Shown here piece after piece: positions 28,330 through 38,849 of a stretch of DNA of 48,427 nucleotides; the first letter of the stretch is position 1; each line of letters starts with the position of its first letter. A program made the position numbers and the translations under genes. The stretch lies in contig DAFS01000015.1 in assembly GCA_002495525.1 (NCBI GenBank), forward strand, positions 13,375-61,801. The letters run 5' to 3'. Under the pieces are notes generated by a model. The model was given only the letters and a program-made list of their open reading frames with translations, ran no database searches and had not been told where the DNA came from. This stretch comes from Euryarchaeota archaeon UBA89. GTDB lineage: Archaea > Thermoplasmatota > Poseidoniia > Poseidoniales > Thalassarchaeaceae.

Positions 28330-31300
28330 TTATTCTTTGATTTTCTTACGTTCCTCTGAAAATTGGCTTTCATTTTGTACAATTGCACGTGCTACTTCGG
28401 GAGAGTACCCTACTTGTTTCAAATCATCGATTCTTTTTTCTGAATCGTCCTCATTCCAAACAACACTCTTACTTTCCCTTTCTAATATTTCATCAGTATA
28501 ATCTGGTGCTATTGTAGATCTGTTGCGACTCCTTTGAACTAAAGCTAAGCCAGATAATAAGACAATTATGGTACTAAAAATAACTGCTGTAATAACGGAA
28601 CTTGATGAAAGTAATTGAGTTATACTCATTTCGACATTGTTATCTTCAATCGAATCCATACAACCATCTCTGTCCGCATCTGTTTTCTTGTTGGATATCC
28701 AATTAACTAGTCCATTAGGGCAATTATCTCTAGAGTCAGAGATCCCGTCACCGTCATCATCGTCGTCTTCAATATCATCTATACACCCGTCACTATCAAT
28801 ATCTAAGCCACTGGAGATGCTGTTAGGACAATTGTCGAAACTATCTAAGACTCCATCATTATCATCATCCGCATCCTCATAATCATCATGACAACCATCC
28901 TGATCAAAATCTTCTAATATTGTTGAAATCCACCCTGATATAGGATTATCTTGACAATTGTCTTGGTCATTATCTATCCCATCATTATCAATATCCATAT
29001 CTTCTGAAGCATCCAAACAACCATCATCATCTAAATCTCTATCGGAACCTCCATGATTAGAATTCATATTGCTATTAACACAATTATCTTCTGTATCTAA
29101 GAATCCATCATTATCATCATCGGTATCCTCCAGAGAATCATTACAACCATCTGCATCCCAATCATTCAATGCAGTAGATACCCACCCCGATAATCCTATT
29201 GAACATTGGTCCAAGTTATCTAGAATGCCGTCATTATCTCTATCGTCGTCTTCAGTTAAGTCGTGACAACCATCTCCGTCTTGATCTGTAGCAGGACTAG
29301 ATATCCATAGAACAAGGCCTTGAGGGCAGTTATCCTCTCTATCGTTAATTCCATCATTATCGTCATCACTATCCTCATATGTATCATGACAACCATCATT
29401 ATCATGATCGAAATATAAATCCTGCCATGAAGAGTATCCAGATGGACATGCATCATTATTATCTAAAAATGGATCATTATCATCATTATTATCCTCGTCA
29501 GCATCTCGACAGCCATCTCCATCATTATCCTCAGATAGACCTGCCCAATATTGAGCACCATTAGGACAAAAATCTTCACTATTCAGTATACCATCACCAT
29601 CTAAGTCTACGTCCTCTGTGGCATCATCACACCCGTCATTATCCTGATCTATTATTTCACCAATAATACCGGTTGGACATGTATCGTCATCATCAAAAGA
29701 GCCGTCATTATCATCATCTAAATCTTCAGATGAGTCTCTACAACCATCGCCGTCATGATCCGTGAGTAGGGATGATTGCCAATTAGAATCTCCAAATTGA
29801 CAAAGGTCGTCCTCATCAAGTACCCCATCATTATCGTCATCATTCCAGTCCTGATTATTGATTAGATTAACCTGAATTAATTTTGTAATAATTGCTTCTT
29901 CTTTGGTTGAAGACTGGATTGAAATTGACAAGATGAACTCTTGGTCTTGGTTAGCTTGCTCTAATGTAGGGGCACGAATAAATAAATCAAAATTATTCAT
30001 TTGATTCTCAATTAAAGTTGTTGTATGTTGGTAATTACCGGCAAAACCAGCATCAATAAACCAGTTTTCAGGAGTGCCTTGGACATCAATAATTACTATA
30101 TCGGATTCACCAGGTAATTGTATCGCATTAACTTGATAGTTAGTATTGGATGATTCTGAAGGGAAGAAATTTAGTTCATCGGGAGATGCACTAATTTCTA
30201 CATCCCAGACGTTTTCTGACCAAATACATACATCCCACTTTTCTTCTTGAGTTGATTCAAGACAATCATCAGTTGTCCAAATAATATCACGATTTGGCCA
30301 GTCGAAATTGACTATCGGTTGAGATGCTGATTGTACATTATTGCCAAATATTCCCATTAGATTGTCTGAACTTGATGCAATAATTCTAGTGTTGATAACT
30401 CCATAAGCTTCAGTCAGTGTTTGACCAATTGGAATCTCACCATCACTGTTCAACTGTGGAGAATTAATTCTTGTCCATCTTAATTCTACTCTTTCTTCAG
30501 TAGTGATTGGGTTCTCTAAGGATTCAAACCAAGTAATATGAACTGACCCATCATTATCAAAATCGACTCTTGGGTTTGCACCATATGTCATATCTGAACC
30601 AGGAACAGCTGAATTCATAACAACTGCTACTTGGCTCAGATCTAAGCCATCATGCTCTCCATCAAGAACTCCCTGCTTACTCAAATCAATTTGCATATAA
30701 TGTAGTTGAGAAGGGACGTTCTTACCTGGCATAGAGTCACGTCCATCTACCCATACGACATGAATATTACCTTCATCATCAACATTTACTTCTGGATTAA
30801 CTGACCACCCATACCCATTAGTTAAACGGGTGTCATTGACTAATACAAAGTGGCCTATTGTACTCCAACCTAGATTATCTTGCCACACATAATCTAAACC
30901 TGGCCCTACATCTTCGATGTATTCTCCGGTATCTTCATCGATACTGATAGCAGGCATTCCTACCGTCCAACCACTCCTTGGAGAGTTGAGTATAGAATAA
31001 GGGTTCAAAACTGTCATGAAAGTCTCAGTAGAGCCGCTTCCAGTAGTTAGTGAAACTATCTCATTCACTAAAGCATTCAATTCTTCAGTATAATTTGCAA
31101 CTGGGACCACTACATCATCTATCCAAGCAGCGTCAAGACCTGAACTGACGCTTCCATCTTTCACGTATTGCCACATCAAAGTATGCTGACCAAGAGAGAT
31201 TGGAGTTGTAAAATTACCACTTTGGGAACCAGACCATTGAGCAATTTGAATACCATCAACATAAAACTTCAGGAAATCATAATTTGATTCTGATGACACA

Positions 31301-33558
31301 TTATATGAAAACGATATAGAACCATTGGCTATTATTCCAACAAATTCTAAATTTGTACTTTGGCTGTCAGAAATATCTCCAGATTGCGCCGAATAAACAC
31401 CTGAGATAGGAGTAGATGAAGGATTTACTTGAGACACGTAAGAATAGTCGGCTGATACAGAAGTCCCTCCGTCACCGTATGTGTCATTGAGAAAAATTGT
31501 ATAATTCCCAGTATCTGTGTAACTCGTCAAAATAGAGTTATAATAATTTGAAACATCACTAGAATTGTATGAATCTACCGTTCCGTTAGGTAGAATTACA
31601 TCCATGCTAAACTCGGAAGCCCAGTTATCTATTGTTACTGTAAGTTCAATGGGGTTTATGTTTGGAGGGTGATTATATGTACAATTCAATGAATGGAATG
31701 ATGGGTTTCCTGTAGTTCCACCTATGTCGCACAGGTTCATACTAGAATATACTAATCCACTATTTGCAGATTCAACAGACCAGGCGCTACTAGAAGTTCC
31801 AGAAACGGACCATCCATTAGTTAGTACTCCGCTTTCAAAATCTCCTTCGAAATTTGCCATGTTATTTGATGGGTAAAGGTACATTTCTCCTCCTGCATCT
31901 TTAGTTCCCCACGTTGAATCATCACATGTTCTTTGTTGAGTTCCGATTGTTGTTCCGGGACATTGTACTAAATCCATCATATGAGATCTTACTGATGAAT
32001 CAGAGCCACCTGCTGCAGTAGATGGCCCATATGCTGAAGTCCCAGCAATGGCGATAGGAATTATACCCGCCTTAGTACAGGCATCATGAGCCTCAACTAT
32101 CGATTGATTATCGTCAGATTCCTGTGATGGGTCTCCACCAAATGGCCCTTCATCTGAAACAGGAATTATCAATCTTGTAGCATTGGGATTCCATTGATGA
32201 TCATTAGGTGTTGCTGGGTTTCCAGGAATACTGCCTGAATTATCCCTCCAAGAAAGACATGCCCATGTAGACCCAGGCCCCCACATTTCACTATTATAGC
32301 CCCAATCGGATGGGATATTGTAACTTGAGCCATTGTACATTACATCAGATAATGCCCTTATCCCTCCGGACGTATCGGTAGAATTTTGACCGAGGGAAAT
32401 ATCTCTTGGACCGTCTCCATAACCACCTATTTCGTATGCGTCCTCACAATTTTTTTGCCCACTTGCAAAACTCATTTGCCCACTTATCGCGTAAAGAGTC
32501 TCCAGAACCGTAATACTAGCTGACTCTAACATAGGTTTTACTCCTTGGAAATACTCTCCACTACTCAGATTGCCCCCATAAAATACTGCACACATATCTA
32601 GCCACTCTGTAGTCATAGAGCCTGAAGAATCTATTAGACCAACATATTCTATTAAACTGCCCCGCGTATCTTCCCATACTACAATTACTGTATTATTGAG
32701 ACCCATGGAAATTGCTGGGCTGCCTTTGTAACCGATTGCAGGAGTTATGACAGTATTACTAATCATTGTAGAAATTGAATTTGATCCCGATGTATTGAAT
32801 GTAAACATTGCATAATAAATCAGTGATGCCCCAAAGAATGTACTTTGGGGGTCATAAGTATCTACCCAAACTATGTGAGTTGCATCAAAAGAATCGATTG
32901 CTATGTCTGGGTCATTTCTCACCCCGGTTCCAACTGCTACAGTATACTCTGAAACAAGTATCATTGAAGCGATATCTCCGGCATCTCCGTCTTGATCATC
33001 TAATGAAGAGTCGATTATTGTATAAAGAATCTCAAGATCTGTTATGGCCCAGACAATATGTGTCCTATAATTAGAGTCGATTACTAAAGAAGGACTTGAT
33101 AGGCTCGTTGAGGAGTTATTACCTACTGCAGTAGCATCTATCAACACTGTGTCGATTCCGCTTGTTGAGATTAAAGCAAAATATAGCTGAGGATTAGTCC
33201 CATTTTCTATCCATACTAGATGTACCCTCTGAGAATCATCCATCACACCAATTACTTCAATTGGATTTGAAGCGTTAATATTGGAAAGTAAGGTAGATGT
33301 AGATGTGTCATCAAGTGTTCCATTTGCAGTATATTGTATTTCTTGCTCTTTATCTAAATTGTCGATTGATGGAGAAAGACTTGGCGCCATTACGGATAAA
33401 AACATTATCAAAGTTAGAGCGATAGATAATCTAGATTTGTATCTATTTTCTGTATTAGTAACTGGTGATAAATTATTATATTTCATCATAACTGAACTAC
33501 TGGACATATTACTTCGAGAGGGGTTCACACACATAGTAAGGTGACCGGACAGGTCCAA
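28330..33558 (-). CDS. Large membrane-anchored surface protein: propeller-like repeats, vWA (MIDAS), 10 thrombospondin type-3-like Ca-binding units, C-terminal TM
   Basis: Signal-like N-terminus; HxVW repeats; IDSSGSM; DxDxDG..C repeats; TM VITAVIFSTIIVLLSGLALV; true start uncertain (33507-33483 plausible). Confidence 0.85.
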   Translation of the reverse strand: MDLSGHLTMCVNPSRSNMSSSSVMMKYNNLSPVTNTENRYKSRLSIALTLIMFLSVMAPSLSPSIDNLDKEQEIQYTANGTLDDTSTSTLLSNINASNPIEVIGVMDDSQRVHLVWIENGTNPQLYFALISTSGIDTVLIDATAVGNNSSTSLSSPSLVIDSNYRTHIVWAITDLEILYTIIDSSLDDQDGDAGDIASMILVSEYTVAVGTGVRNDPDIAIDSFDATHIVWVDTYDPQSTFFGASLIYYAMFTFNTSGSNSISTMISNTVITPAIGYKGSPAISMGLNNTVIVVWEDTRGSLIEYVGLIDSSGSMTTEWLDMCAVFYGGNLSSGEYFQGVKPMLESASITVLETLYAISGQMSFASGQKNCEDAYEIGGYGDGPRDISLGQNSTDTSGGIRALSDVMYNGSSYNIPSDWGYNSEMWGPGSTWACLSWRDNSGSIPGNPATPNDHQWNPNATRLIIPVSDEGPFGGDPSQESDDNQSIVEAHDACTKAGIIPIAIAGTSAYGPSTAAGGSDSSVRSHMMDLVQCPGTTIGTQQRTCDDSTWGTKDAGGEMYLYPSNNMANFEGDFESGVLTNGWSVSGTSSSAWSVESANSGLVYSSMNLCDIGGTTGNPSFHSLNCTYNHPPNINPIELTVTIDNWASEFSMDVILPNGTVDSYNSSDVSNYYNSILTSYTDTGNYTIFLNDTYGDGGTSVSADYSYVSQVNPSSTPISGVYSAQSGDISDSQSTNLEFVGIIANGSISFSYNVSSESNYDFLKFYVDGIQIAQWSGSQSGNFTTPISLGQHTLMWQYVKDGSVSSGLDAAWIDDVVVPVANYTEELNALVNEIVSLTTGSGSTETFMTVLNPYSILNSPRSGWTVGMPAISIDEDTGEYIEDVGPGLDYVWQDNLGWSTIGHFVLVNDTRLTNGYGWSVNPEVNVDDEGNIHVVWVDGRDSMPGKNVPSQLHYMQIDLSKQGVLDGEHDGLDLSQVAVVMNSAVPGSDMTYGANPRVDFDNDGSVHITWFESLENPITTEERVELRWTRINSPQLNSDGEIPIGQTLTEAYGVINTRIIASSSDNLMGIFGNNVQSASQPIVNFDWPNRDIIWTTDDCLESTQEEKWDVCIWSENVWDVEISASPDELNFFPSESSNTNYQVNAIQLPGESDIVIIDVQGTPENWFIDAGFAGNYQHTTTLIENQMNNFDLFIRAPTLEQANQDQEFILSISIQSSTKEEAIITKLIQVNLINNQDWNDDDNDGVLDEDDLCQFGDSNWQSSLLTDHDGDGCRDSSEDLDDDNDGSFDDDDTCPTGIIGEIIDQDNDGCDDATEDVDLDGDGILNSEDFCPNGAQYWAGLSEDNDGDGCRDADEDNNDDNDPFLDNNDACPSGYSSWQDLYFDHDNDGCHDTYEDSDDDNDGINDREDNCPQGLVLWISSPATDQDGDGCHDLTEDDDRDNDGILDNLDQCSIGLSGWVSTALNDWDADGCNDSLEDTDDDNDGFLDTEDNCVNSNMNSNHGGSDRDLDDDGCLDASEDMDIDNDGIDNDQDNCQDNPISGWISTILEDFDQDGCHDDYEDADDDNDGVLDSFDNCPNSISSGLDIDSDGCIDDIEDDDDDGDGISDSRDNCPNGLVNWISNKKTDADRDGCMDSIEDNNVEMSITQLLSSSSVITAVIFSTIIVLLSGLALVQRSRNRSTIAPDYTDEILERESKSVVWNEDDSEKRIDDLKQVGYSPEVARAIVQNESQFSEERKKIKE

Positions 33559-33580
33559 AAATCCAATAAAAACTTGGTTT

Positions 33581-35254
33581 TCAATTATTTTTCATACTTT
33601 CTTTACGTTTGATATATTCAGAATAATTTCCTGGCCATACCCATAGGCTACCATCTCCTGGAAGTTCCCAAATAGTATCGCATATCTTATCTAAAAACCA
33701 TCTGTCATGACTGACTGTTATTATTCCTCCATCATATTCTTCTAGAGCATATTCTAAGGCTTCTTTGGCATCTGTATCAAGATGATTTGTAGGTTCGTCT
33801 AATAATAGCATATTATTTTCTTCAAGAAGGAGTTTTAGCATGGCAATTCTTGCTCTTTCCCCTCCACTTAGTTTTTTCAATTTTGTATTTACCATATCGC
33901 TAGTAAATTGGAATTGCCCAAGCATTGCTCTGATATTCTTATATTCCATTCTAGGTTTTAATAGCTGTATCTGTTCTATCGGTGTTTTTTCAAAATCAAG
34001 GGAACGATGATCTTGATGGAAATACCCTATTTGCACCCCTGGACGGACATCTATTTGTCCAGAATCTAATTTTAACTCGCCGATTATTGTTCTCAAAATA
34101 CTAGTTTTTCCTGCACCATTAGGCCCTACAACCCCAATCTTTTGCCCTCTCCTAACACCGACATCGAGCCCATGGAGAATCGGTCTTTTCATACCCTCAA
34201 AACTTAGGTGGGCTTTATGGAAATCTAGCACTTCAAGACTAGATTTTTCTGTTGCTTGTAAAGAAAAATTAAGCATTCTTCTCTGTCTTGGCTTTATAGA
34301 TTTCAGCCACTTTAATTCACGCTCTGAACGCATTATCATGAAGTGTTTCTGAGATATTGATTTGTCATATTTGTTGTTGCTTTTCATCGACTTCATGGCG
34401 CCCTTTAGCCTCTTCAATTCTTTCTGTGTCTTGTCAATTCTATCGTCTAAGGTTTGAAGAAATAATTCTTTTTGTTTGAGGTAAGATGTATAATTACCTG
34501 GATAACCTTTAGAGTGCGCATCCTGAATCTCAACAATATTATTACATACTCTATCAAGGAAATATCTATCGTGACTTACTACCAATAAAGCACCTTGAAA
34601 ACTTAGAAGAAATTTTTCTAGCCAATCAAGTGTTTGTAAATCTAAGTGGTTTGTTGGCTCATCTAAGAATAATAAATCTATTTCTTTCAGACCAACCAAT
34701 TGTCTGGCGAGTGCAACTTTGGCCTTTTCACCACCAGAAAGAGATGATAATTTCGTCTCCATTGGATGATGAGCTAAATCTAGAGCTTTCAGTATTTCTT
34801 GAGCATGTCCTGCTACATCTCCACCGCCTGAACGTGCCATCAAAGCTTGTAACTCTTGATATCTTTCCATAGTTGGTTGCCAATCGCCTTCGTAAAATGA
34901 TGGCACTGCCATCTTCGCTTCAATGTCCGTGATTTCATCTACTAGTTCTTGGAATTGCCGCCCTCGTCGATTTAGTTCCGCACCTAAAGTTGCATCTTCG
35001 TCCAAATCCCTAATCTGAGTTAGAAATGCTAAACGTAATCCAGGCGCAAAAGTAATGTCTCCCATATCTTGATCTTGATTTGAAATAGTTCTCAGTAGAG
35101 TAGTCTTACCCGCACCGTTATGGCCAACAACTCCTATTCGATCTCCCTCGTCAATTCGAAGATTGACTCCTTCTAAAATAGTCAATGGACCAAAGGTTCG
35201 ATGTATCTCATCTAGCCTTACCAGCTCTCGAACCATAACACTCCGGCATACCAC
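33581..35254 (-). CDS. ABC-F family ATPase (ribosome-associated)
   Basis: Two ABC cassettes (GHNGAGKT, LSGGE, DEPTNHLD, SHDRYFLD), no TM domain. Confidence 0.93.
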   Translation of the reverse strand: MVCRSVMVRELVRLDEIHRTFGPLTILEGVNLRIDEGDRIGVVGHNGAGKTTLLRTISNQDQDMGDITFAPGLRLAFLTQIRDLDEDATLGAELNRRGRQFQELVDEITDIEAKMAVPSFYEGDWQPTMERYQELQALMARSGGGDVAGHAQEILKALDLAHHPMETKLSSLSGGEKAKVALARQLVGLKEIDLLFLDEPTNHLDLQTLDWLEKFLLSFQGALLVVSHDRYFLDRVCNNIVEIQDAHSKGYPGNYTSYLKQKELFLQTLDDRIDKTQKELKRLKGAMKSMKSNNKYDKSISQKHFMIMRSERELKWLKSIKPRQRRMLNFSLQATEKSSLEVLDFHKAHLSFEGMKRPILHGLDVGVRRGQKIGVVGPNGAGKTSILRTIIGELKLDSGQIDVRPGVQIGYFHQDHRSLDFEKTPIEQIQLLKPRMEYKNIRAMLGQFQFTSDMVNTKLKKLSGGERARIAMLKLLLEENNMLLLDEPTNHLDTDAKEALEYALEEYDGGIITVSHDRWFLDKICDTIWELPGDGSLWVWPGNYSEYIKRKESMKNN

Positions 35255-35299
35255 TTATTCAAGTGCTCATCGGTCATAAATATGTGATTAGTCAAACAA

Positions 35300-36541
35300 C
35301 TAATTTGATTTTAATGCATTAATTCTATTCTCATCCAGCCTTTCCCATTCAAAATGACCTTCAGCATCTGAAGGACGGCCAAAATGCCCTCCGGATGATG
35401 TTAGGCTGTATCGAGGTTCATTTAATTTTAAGTCACGTACAATGGCTGACGGTCTAAAATCAAAAACAGAGTTAATTTTTTGCTCTAATTCTTTATCAGT
35501 TACTAATCCGGTACCAAAGCTATTGACATGCAAACTTACGGGCTGTGAAACTCCTATTACATATGCAACTTGAATTTCACATCTTGTAGCCAAACCCGAG
35601 GCCACAATATGTTTCGCAGCCCAACGAGAATAGTAAGCTGCAGAGCGGTCTACTTTCGTTGGGTCTTTGCCACTAAATGCTCCGCCCCCGTGACGCCCCA
35701 TTCCCCCGTAAGTATCAACGATGATTTTACGCCCTGTGATTCCTGCATCCGAATACGGACCCCCTGGGTCTGCAAATCTTCCTGTCCCATTAACTACAAG
35801 TCGATATCCGTTTCTTAACCAATGAGGAGGGATGGCATGCTCTACAACGTGTTTACGGATTTCATCTGTGACAAACTGATGTTCTAATTCTTCATTTCCA
35901 TTAAATCTATCTTTAAGTTTAGAATCATGTTGTGCTGCTACTACAACTGTATGGACATGACTCGGTTTGCCTGAATCATCATATTCTACAGTAACTTGAC
36001 TTTTTCCATCAGGTCTAATCCATGCAATCTCGTTGTTCTGAACAATCATATCCAACCTACGGCATATTCTTTGTGCCAATGCTGCTGGAAGAGGAAAATA
36101 TCTTCCACTTAATTCGCCTTCAACTTCTGTTTCTGTGCAAGCATAGCCAAACATCATACCTTGGTCACCAGCACCTACGTCATCATCGGAAATTCCGTCA
36201 ACTCCCTGAGAAATATTTGGTGATTGAGTCGTAATATGTACCTGAACCTCGCATAATTCTTGACTGGTTGCATCCATTCCAATTTCGTGAGATGTATAAC
36301 CGATTTTTGCTGCAGTATCTCTGGCAATCTGCTCATAGTCAGGAGTTTGCCCAGATAGACTGACTTCTCCAGCTAGTATTATTACAGCCTTGTCTTCTTT
36401 ACCTTTGACCATGGTTTCAACAGCCACTCTTGACATAGGATCAATGGATAAGCATGAATCGACAATGGCGTCAGAAATGGCGTCACACACTTTGTCAGGA
36501 TGGCCTGCAGACACCGATTCAGAAGTAAACAACGTAGCCAT
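35300..36541 (-). CDS. metK: S-adenosylmethionine synthetase (bacterial/eukaryotic type)
   Basis: FTSESVSAGHPDK, GAGDQG, RPDGKSQV, GRKIIVDTYGG, GGGAFSGKD. Confidence 0.96.
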   Translation of the reverse strand: MATLFTSESVSAGHPDKVCDAISDAIVDSCLSIDPMSRVAVETMVKGKEDKAVIILAGEVSLSGQTPDYEQIARDTAAKIGYTSHEIGMDATSQELCEVQVHITTQSPNISQGVDGISDDDVGAGDQGMMFGYACTETEVEGELSGRYFPLPAALAQRICRRLDMIVQNNEIAWIRPDGKSQVTVEYDDSGKPSHVHTVVVAAQHDSKLKDRFNGNEELEHQFVTDEIRKHVVEHAIPPHWLRNGYRLVVNGTGRFADPGGPYSDAGITGRKIIVDTYGGMGRHGGGAFSGKDPTKVDRSAAYYSRWAAKHIVASGLATRCEIQVAYVIGVSQPVSLHVNSFGTGLVTDKELEQKINSVFDFRPSAIVRDLKLNEPRYSLTSSGGHFGRPSDAEGHFEWERLDENRINALKSN

Positions 36542-36686
36542 GATAGTAGAGGCGAACGTTTCTCCTTCATAGGATTTCATGAACTAACGGCTGAAATAGA
36601 TGTTATAGATGGTTATGAAATCTAGATTTAATTTTGTATGAACATCTTATACAGAACATTGACATATAGGTTGCTTTCGCCGAATC

Positions 36687-37439
36687 ATGGCCAAAAAGAA
36701 TGAAATTGACAATAAGCCCTTTGGCGGAGTTCAACCAAACAAAGTCCCTGAACGCTCTGTTGAAGGAAAACCAACAATTTATACTTATGCAACATGTCCA
36801 TTTTCATTGAAAGTTAAATCACTATTAAAATCAAGAGATATAGAATTCTCTAATGTTGAAGTTGATCCTATGAAAAAGACCGAATTAAAATGGTCAGATT
36901 GGAAGAAAGTACCTGTTTTTGTAGATAGTGATGGGACACACGTAAACGATTCTAATGATATCTTACACTACATTGATCAGAGTCATGGCAATAAATTCCC
37001 AAGAAAGGGGGAAGATGTTGAACAAGATAAATGGATGAAATTTTCAAATGATATTTTAGGCAAAAGCATTGTTGCTGTGATTTACAAGAATTATCGCACA
37101 TCACTACATGCATTGGACTATGTCACTAAGGTAGATAAGTTTAGTTTGAAAGATAGGATTGTGAGTAAATGGCTAGGCGCTTTTGTCATGGGAATGATTG
37201 GTAGAAGTCGTGCAAAAATGTTCGATGAGCCTCCTCGTACAAACTTACAAACTCAATTAGATTCTATGTCTTCTGGGATAGAGGGAGAATTCTTTGGTGG
37301 CAAGGGACCTAATGGTGCTGATTTTGCTAATTATGGAATTCTGAGATCAATGCAAGGACTGAATGGTTTTGATATTGTTGAGAAACATAATATAATCTGG
37401 CCATGGTATAACAGAATGCAGGTTCTATCAAATATCTGA
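36687..37439 (+). CDS. Glutathione S-transferase-fold protein, prostaglandin E synthase 2 (mPGES-2)-like
   Basis: YATCPFSLKV, WKKVPV, NDSNDI, FFGGKGPNGADFANYGILRSM, PWYNRM. Confidence 0.82.
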   Translation: MAKKNEIDNKPFGGVQPNKVPERSVEGKPTIYTYATCPFSLKVKSLLKSRDIEFSNVEVDPMKKTELKWSDWKKVPVFVDSDGTHVNDSNDILHYIDQSHGNKFPRKGEDVEQDKWMKFSNDILGKSIVAVIYKNYRTSLHALDYVTKVDKFSLKDRIVSKWLGAFVMGMIGRSRAKMFDEPPRTNLQTQLDSMSSGIEGEFFGGKGPNGADFANYGILRSMQGLNGFDIVEKHNIIWPWYNRMQVLSNI

Positions 37440-37440
37440 A

Positions 37441-38805
37441 TCAGCTATTTATGTCAATTTGTACAGGATGGTCTTTGGTTATTCTAGCCATATTTGCTTT
37501 ACCCATCCAACCTGATATCTGAGTATTTTCTGAATTAACCTGTACATCAATTACCAGCGCTTCACGATGAACTCTTGCTATTAGTTCAACTAATTCTAAA
37601 TCCCCTTCTTTCTGAGGAGGCTTGACACTAATTATTACAGGAGGACCGTGTAAAACTGTCATTATTCCTGATCTTAATTCATCTATCCCTTGTCCACTTA
37701 TAGCACTAACAGCTACAGATTCAAAGGGACTGTAATAATGTACTATTTCCTTTGCCTCCAGAATTTCTTCCTCTGTACAAAGATCTATCTTTGTTAGAAC
37801 TACAATTGTATTGTGACTATTTCCATCATCAATTCTTCCGAAAAGTTCTCTGCGAGAAGTTGCAAGTTTGCGACGAATCTCATCTGGTTCATCAGAAGCA
37901 TCCACTAGTAGTAACAACATATCACAAGATAGTGATTCCTGTAGAGTAGCTGAAAATGAATCCAATAATTCTGCAGGTATATTATCAATAAATCCAATTG
38001 TATCTACCATCAATATTCTGGGTTGATTTGCCATTCTTCCTACAGTTGTTTCTAGTGTCGAAAATAATTGATTTTTGATTAATACTGGTTTTCCTGAAAG
38101 GGCTGAAAATAAACTAGATTTTCCAACATTTGTATAGCCTGCCAATCCGACTGTCAAAGCACCTGATTTCGACCTTTGTCTTCTTCTCTCGGAAAGAGAG
38201 GAATCCATCTTCTTCAATTTGCGCCTAAGTTTTGCAATTTCATGTCCTACTGCTGTCATTATATTACTCCAGCCAGTCTGTCCGCCGGCTCCAAAACCCA
38301 AGCGTTCTCCAGTATGCTCGCGATGAATTAATTCTCTTAGAACTGAACGATCAGCTAACAGTCTGGCAATACGAACTTGTACTCTAGCTTCAACTGAAGA
38401 TGCATGAATTGTAAATAATTCTAGCAATAATCTTACTCTATCCCAAGTTTCAATTGAGGTTAAATCATTAATATTGACTAACTGACTGGGTTTAAGATTA
38501 CTATGTATCAAAATAAGGTCAACTTTCTCCCAAATATGCCCTTTTCCAGCCATTTTTAATTCTTCTGAAATCTCTTGTAATTTACCAGTACCGAAATATG
38601 TTCTAGAGTTTGGTTTACCTTTTTGTAGTATAATATCTACAATTTCTATACCCATTGTCTGGGCTAAAGATGACATTTCTTTGGTATTTTTTCCTCTAGT
38701 AAGAATTATCGCTTTACGTCCAAAATGAATACTTTGAGATTCTGAAGAATTGACTCCTCCCATACCCGCTAACAAGGGAACATCCGGAACTGGGTCGCCA
38801 CTCAC
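37441..38805 (-). CDS. hflX: GTPase HflX
   Basis: LILELF-like LLLELFTIHA, GYTNVGKSS, LFSTLETT, DTIGFI, TKID. Confidence 0.93.
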   Translation of the reverse strand: MSGDPVPDVPLLAGMGGVNSSESQSIHFGRKAIILTRGKNTKEMSSLAQTMGIEIVDIILQKGKPNSRTYFGTGKLQEISEELKMAGKGHIWEKVDLILIHSNLKPSQLVNINDLTSIETWDRVRLLLELFTIHASSVEARVQVRIARLLADRSVLRELIHREHTGERLGFGAGGQTGWSNIMTAVGHEIAKLRRKLKKMDSSLSERRRQRSKSGALTVGLAGYTNVGKSSLFSALSGKPVLIKNQLFSTLETTVGRMANQPRILMVDTIGFIDNIPAELLDSFSATLQESLSCDMLLLLVDASDEPDEIRRKLATSRRELFGRIDDGNSHNTIVVLTKIDLCTEEEILEAKEIVHYYSPFESVAVSAISGQGIDELRSGIMTVLHGPPVIISVKPPQKEGDLELVELIARVHREALVIDVQVNSENTQISGWMGKANMARITKDHPVQIDINS

Positions 38806-38849
38806 AAAGAACGGGAGACAAGAGGAAAGATATGCCTTAGGGTCTTGCG

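Noticed and set aside
28620-29850. TCA/TCG-rich periodic DNA resembling a tandem repeat array
   Set aside because: Explained by Asp-rich TSP3-like coding repeats on the minus strand
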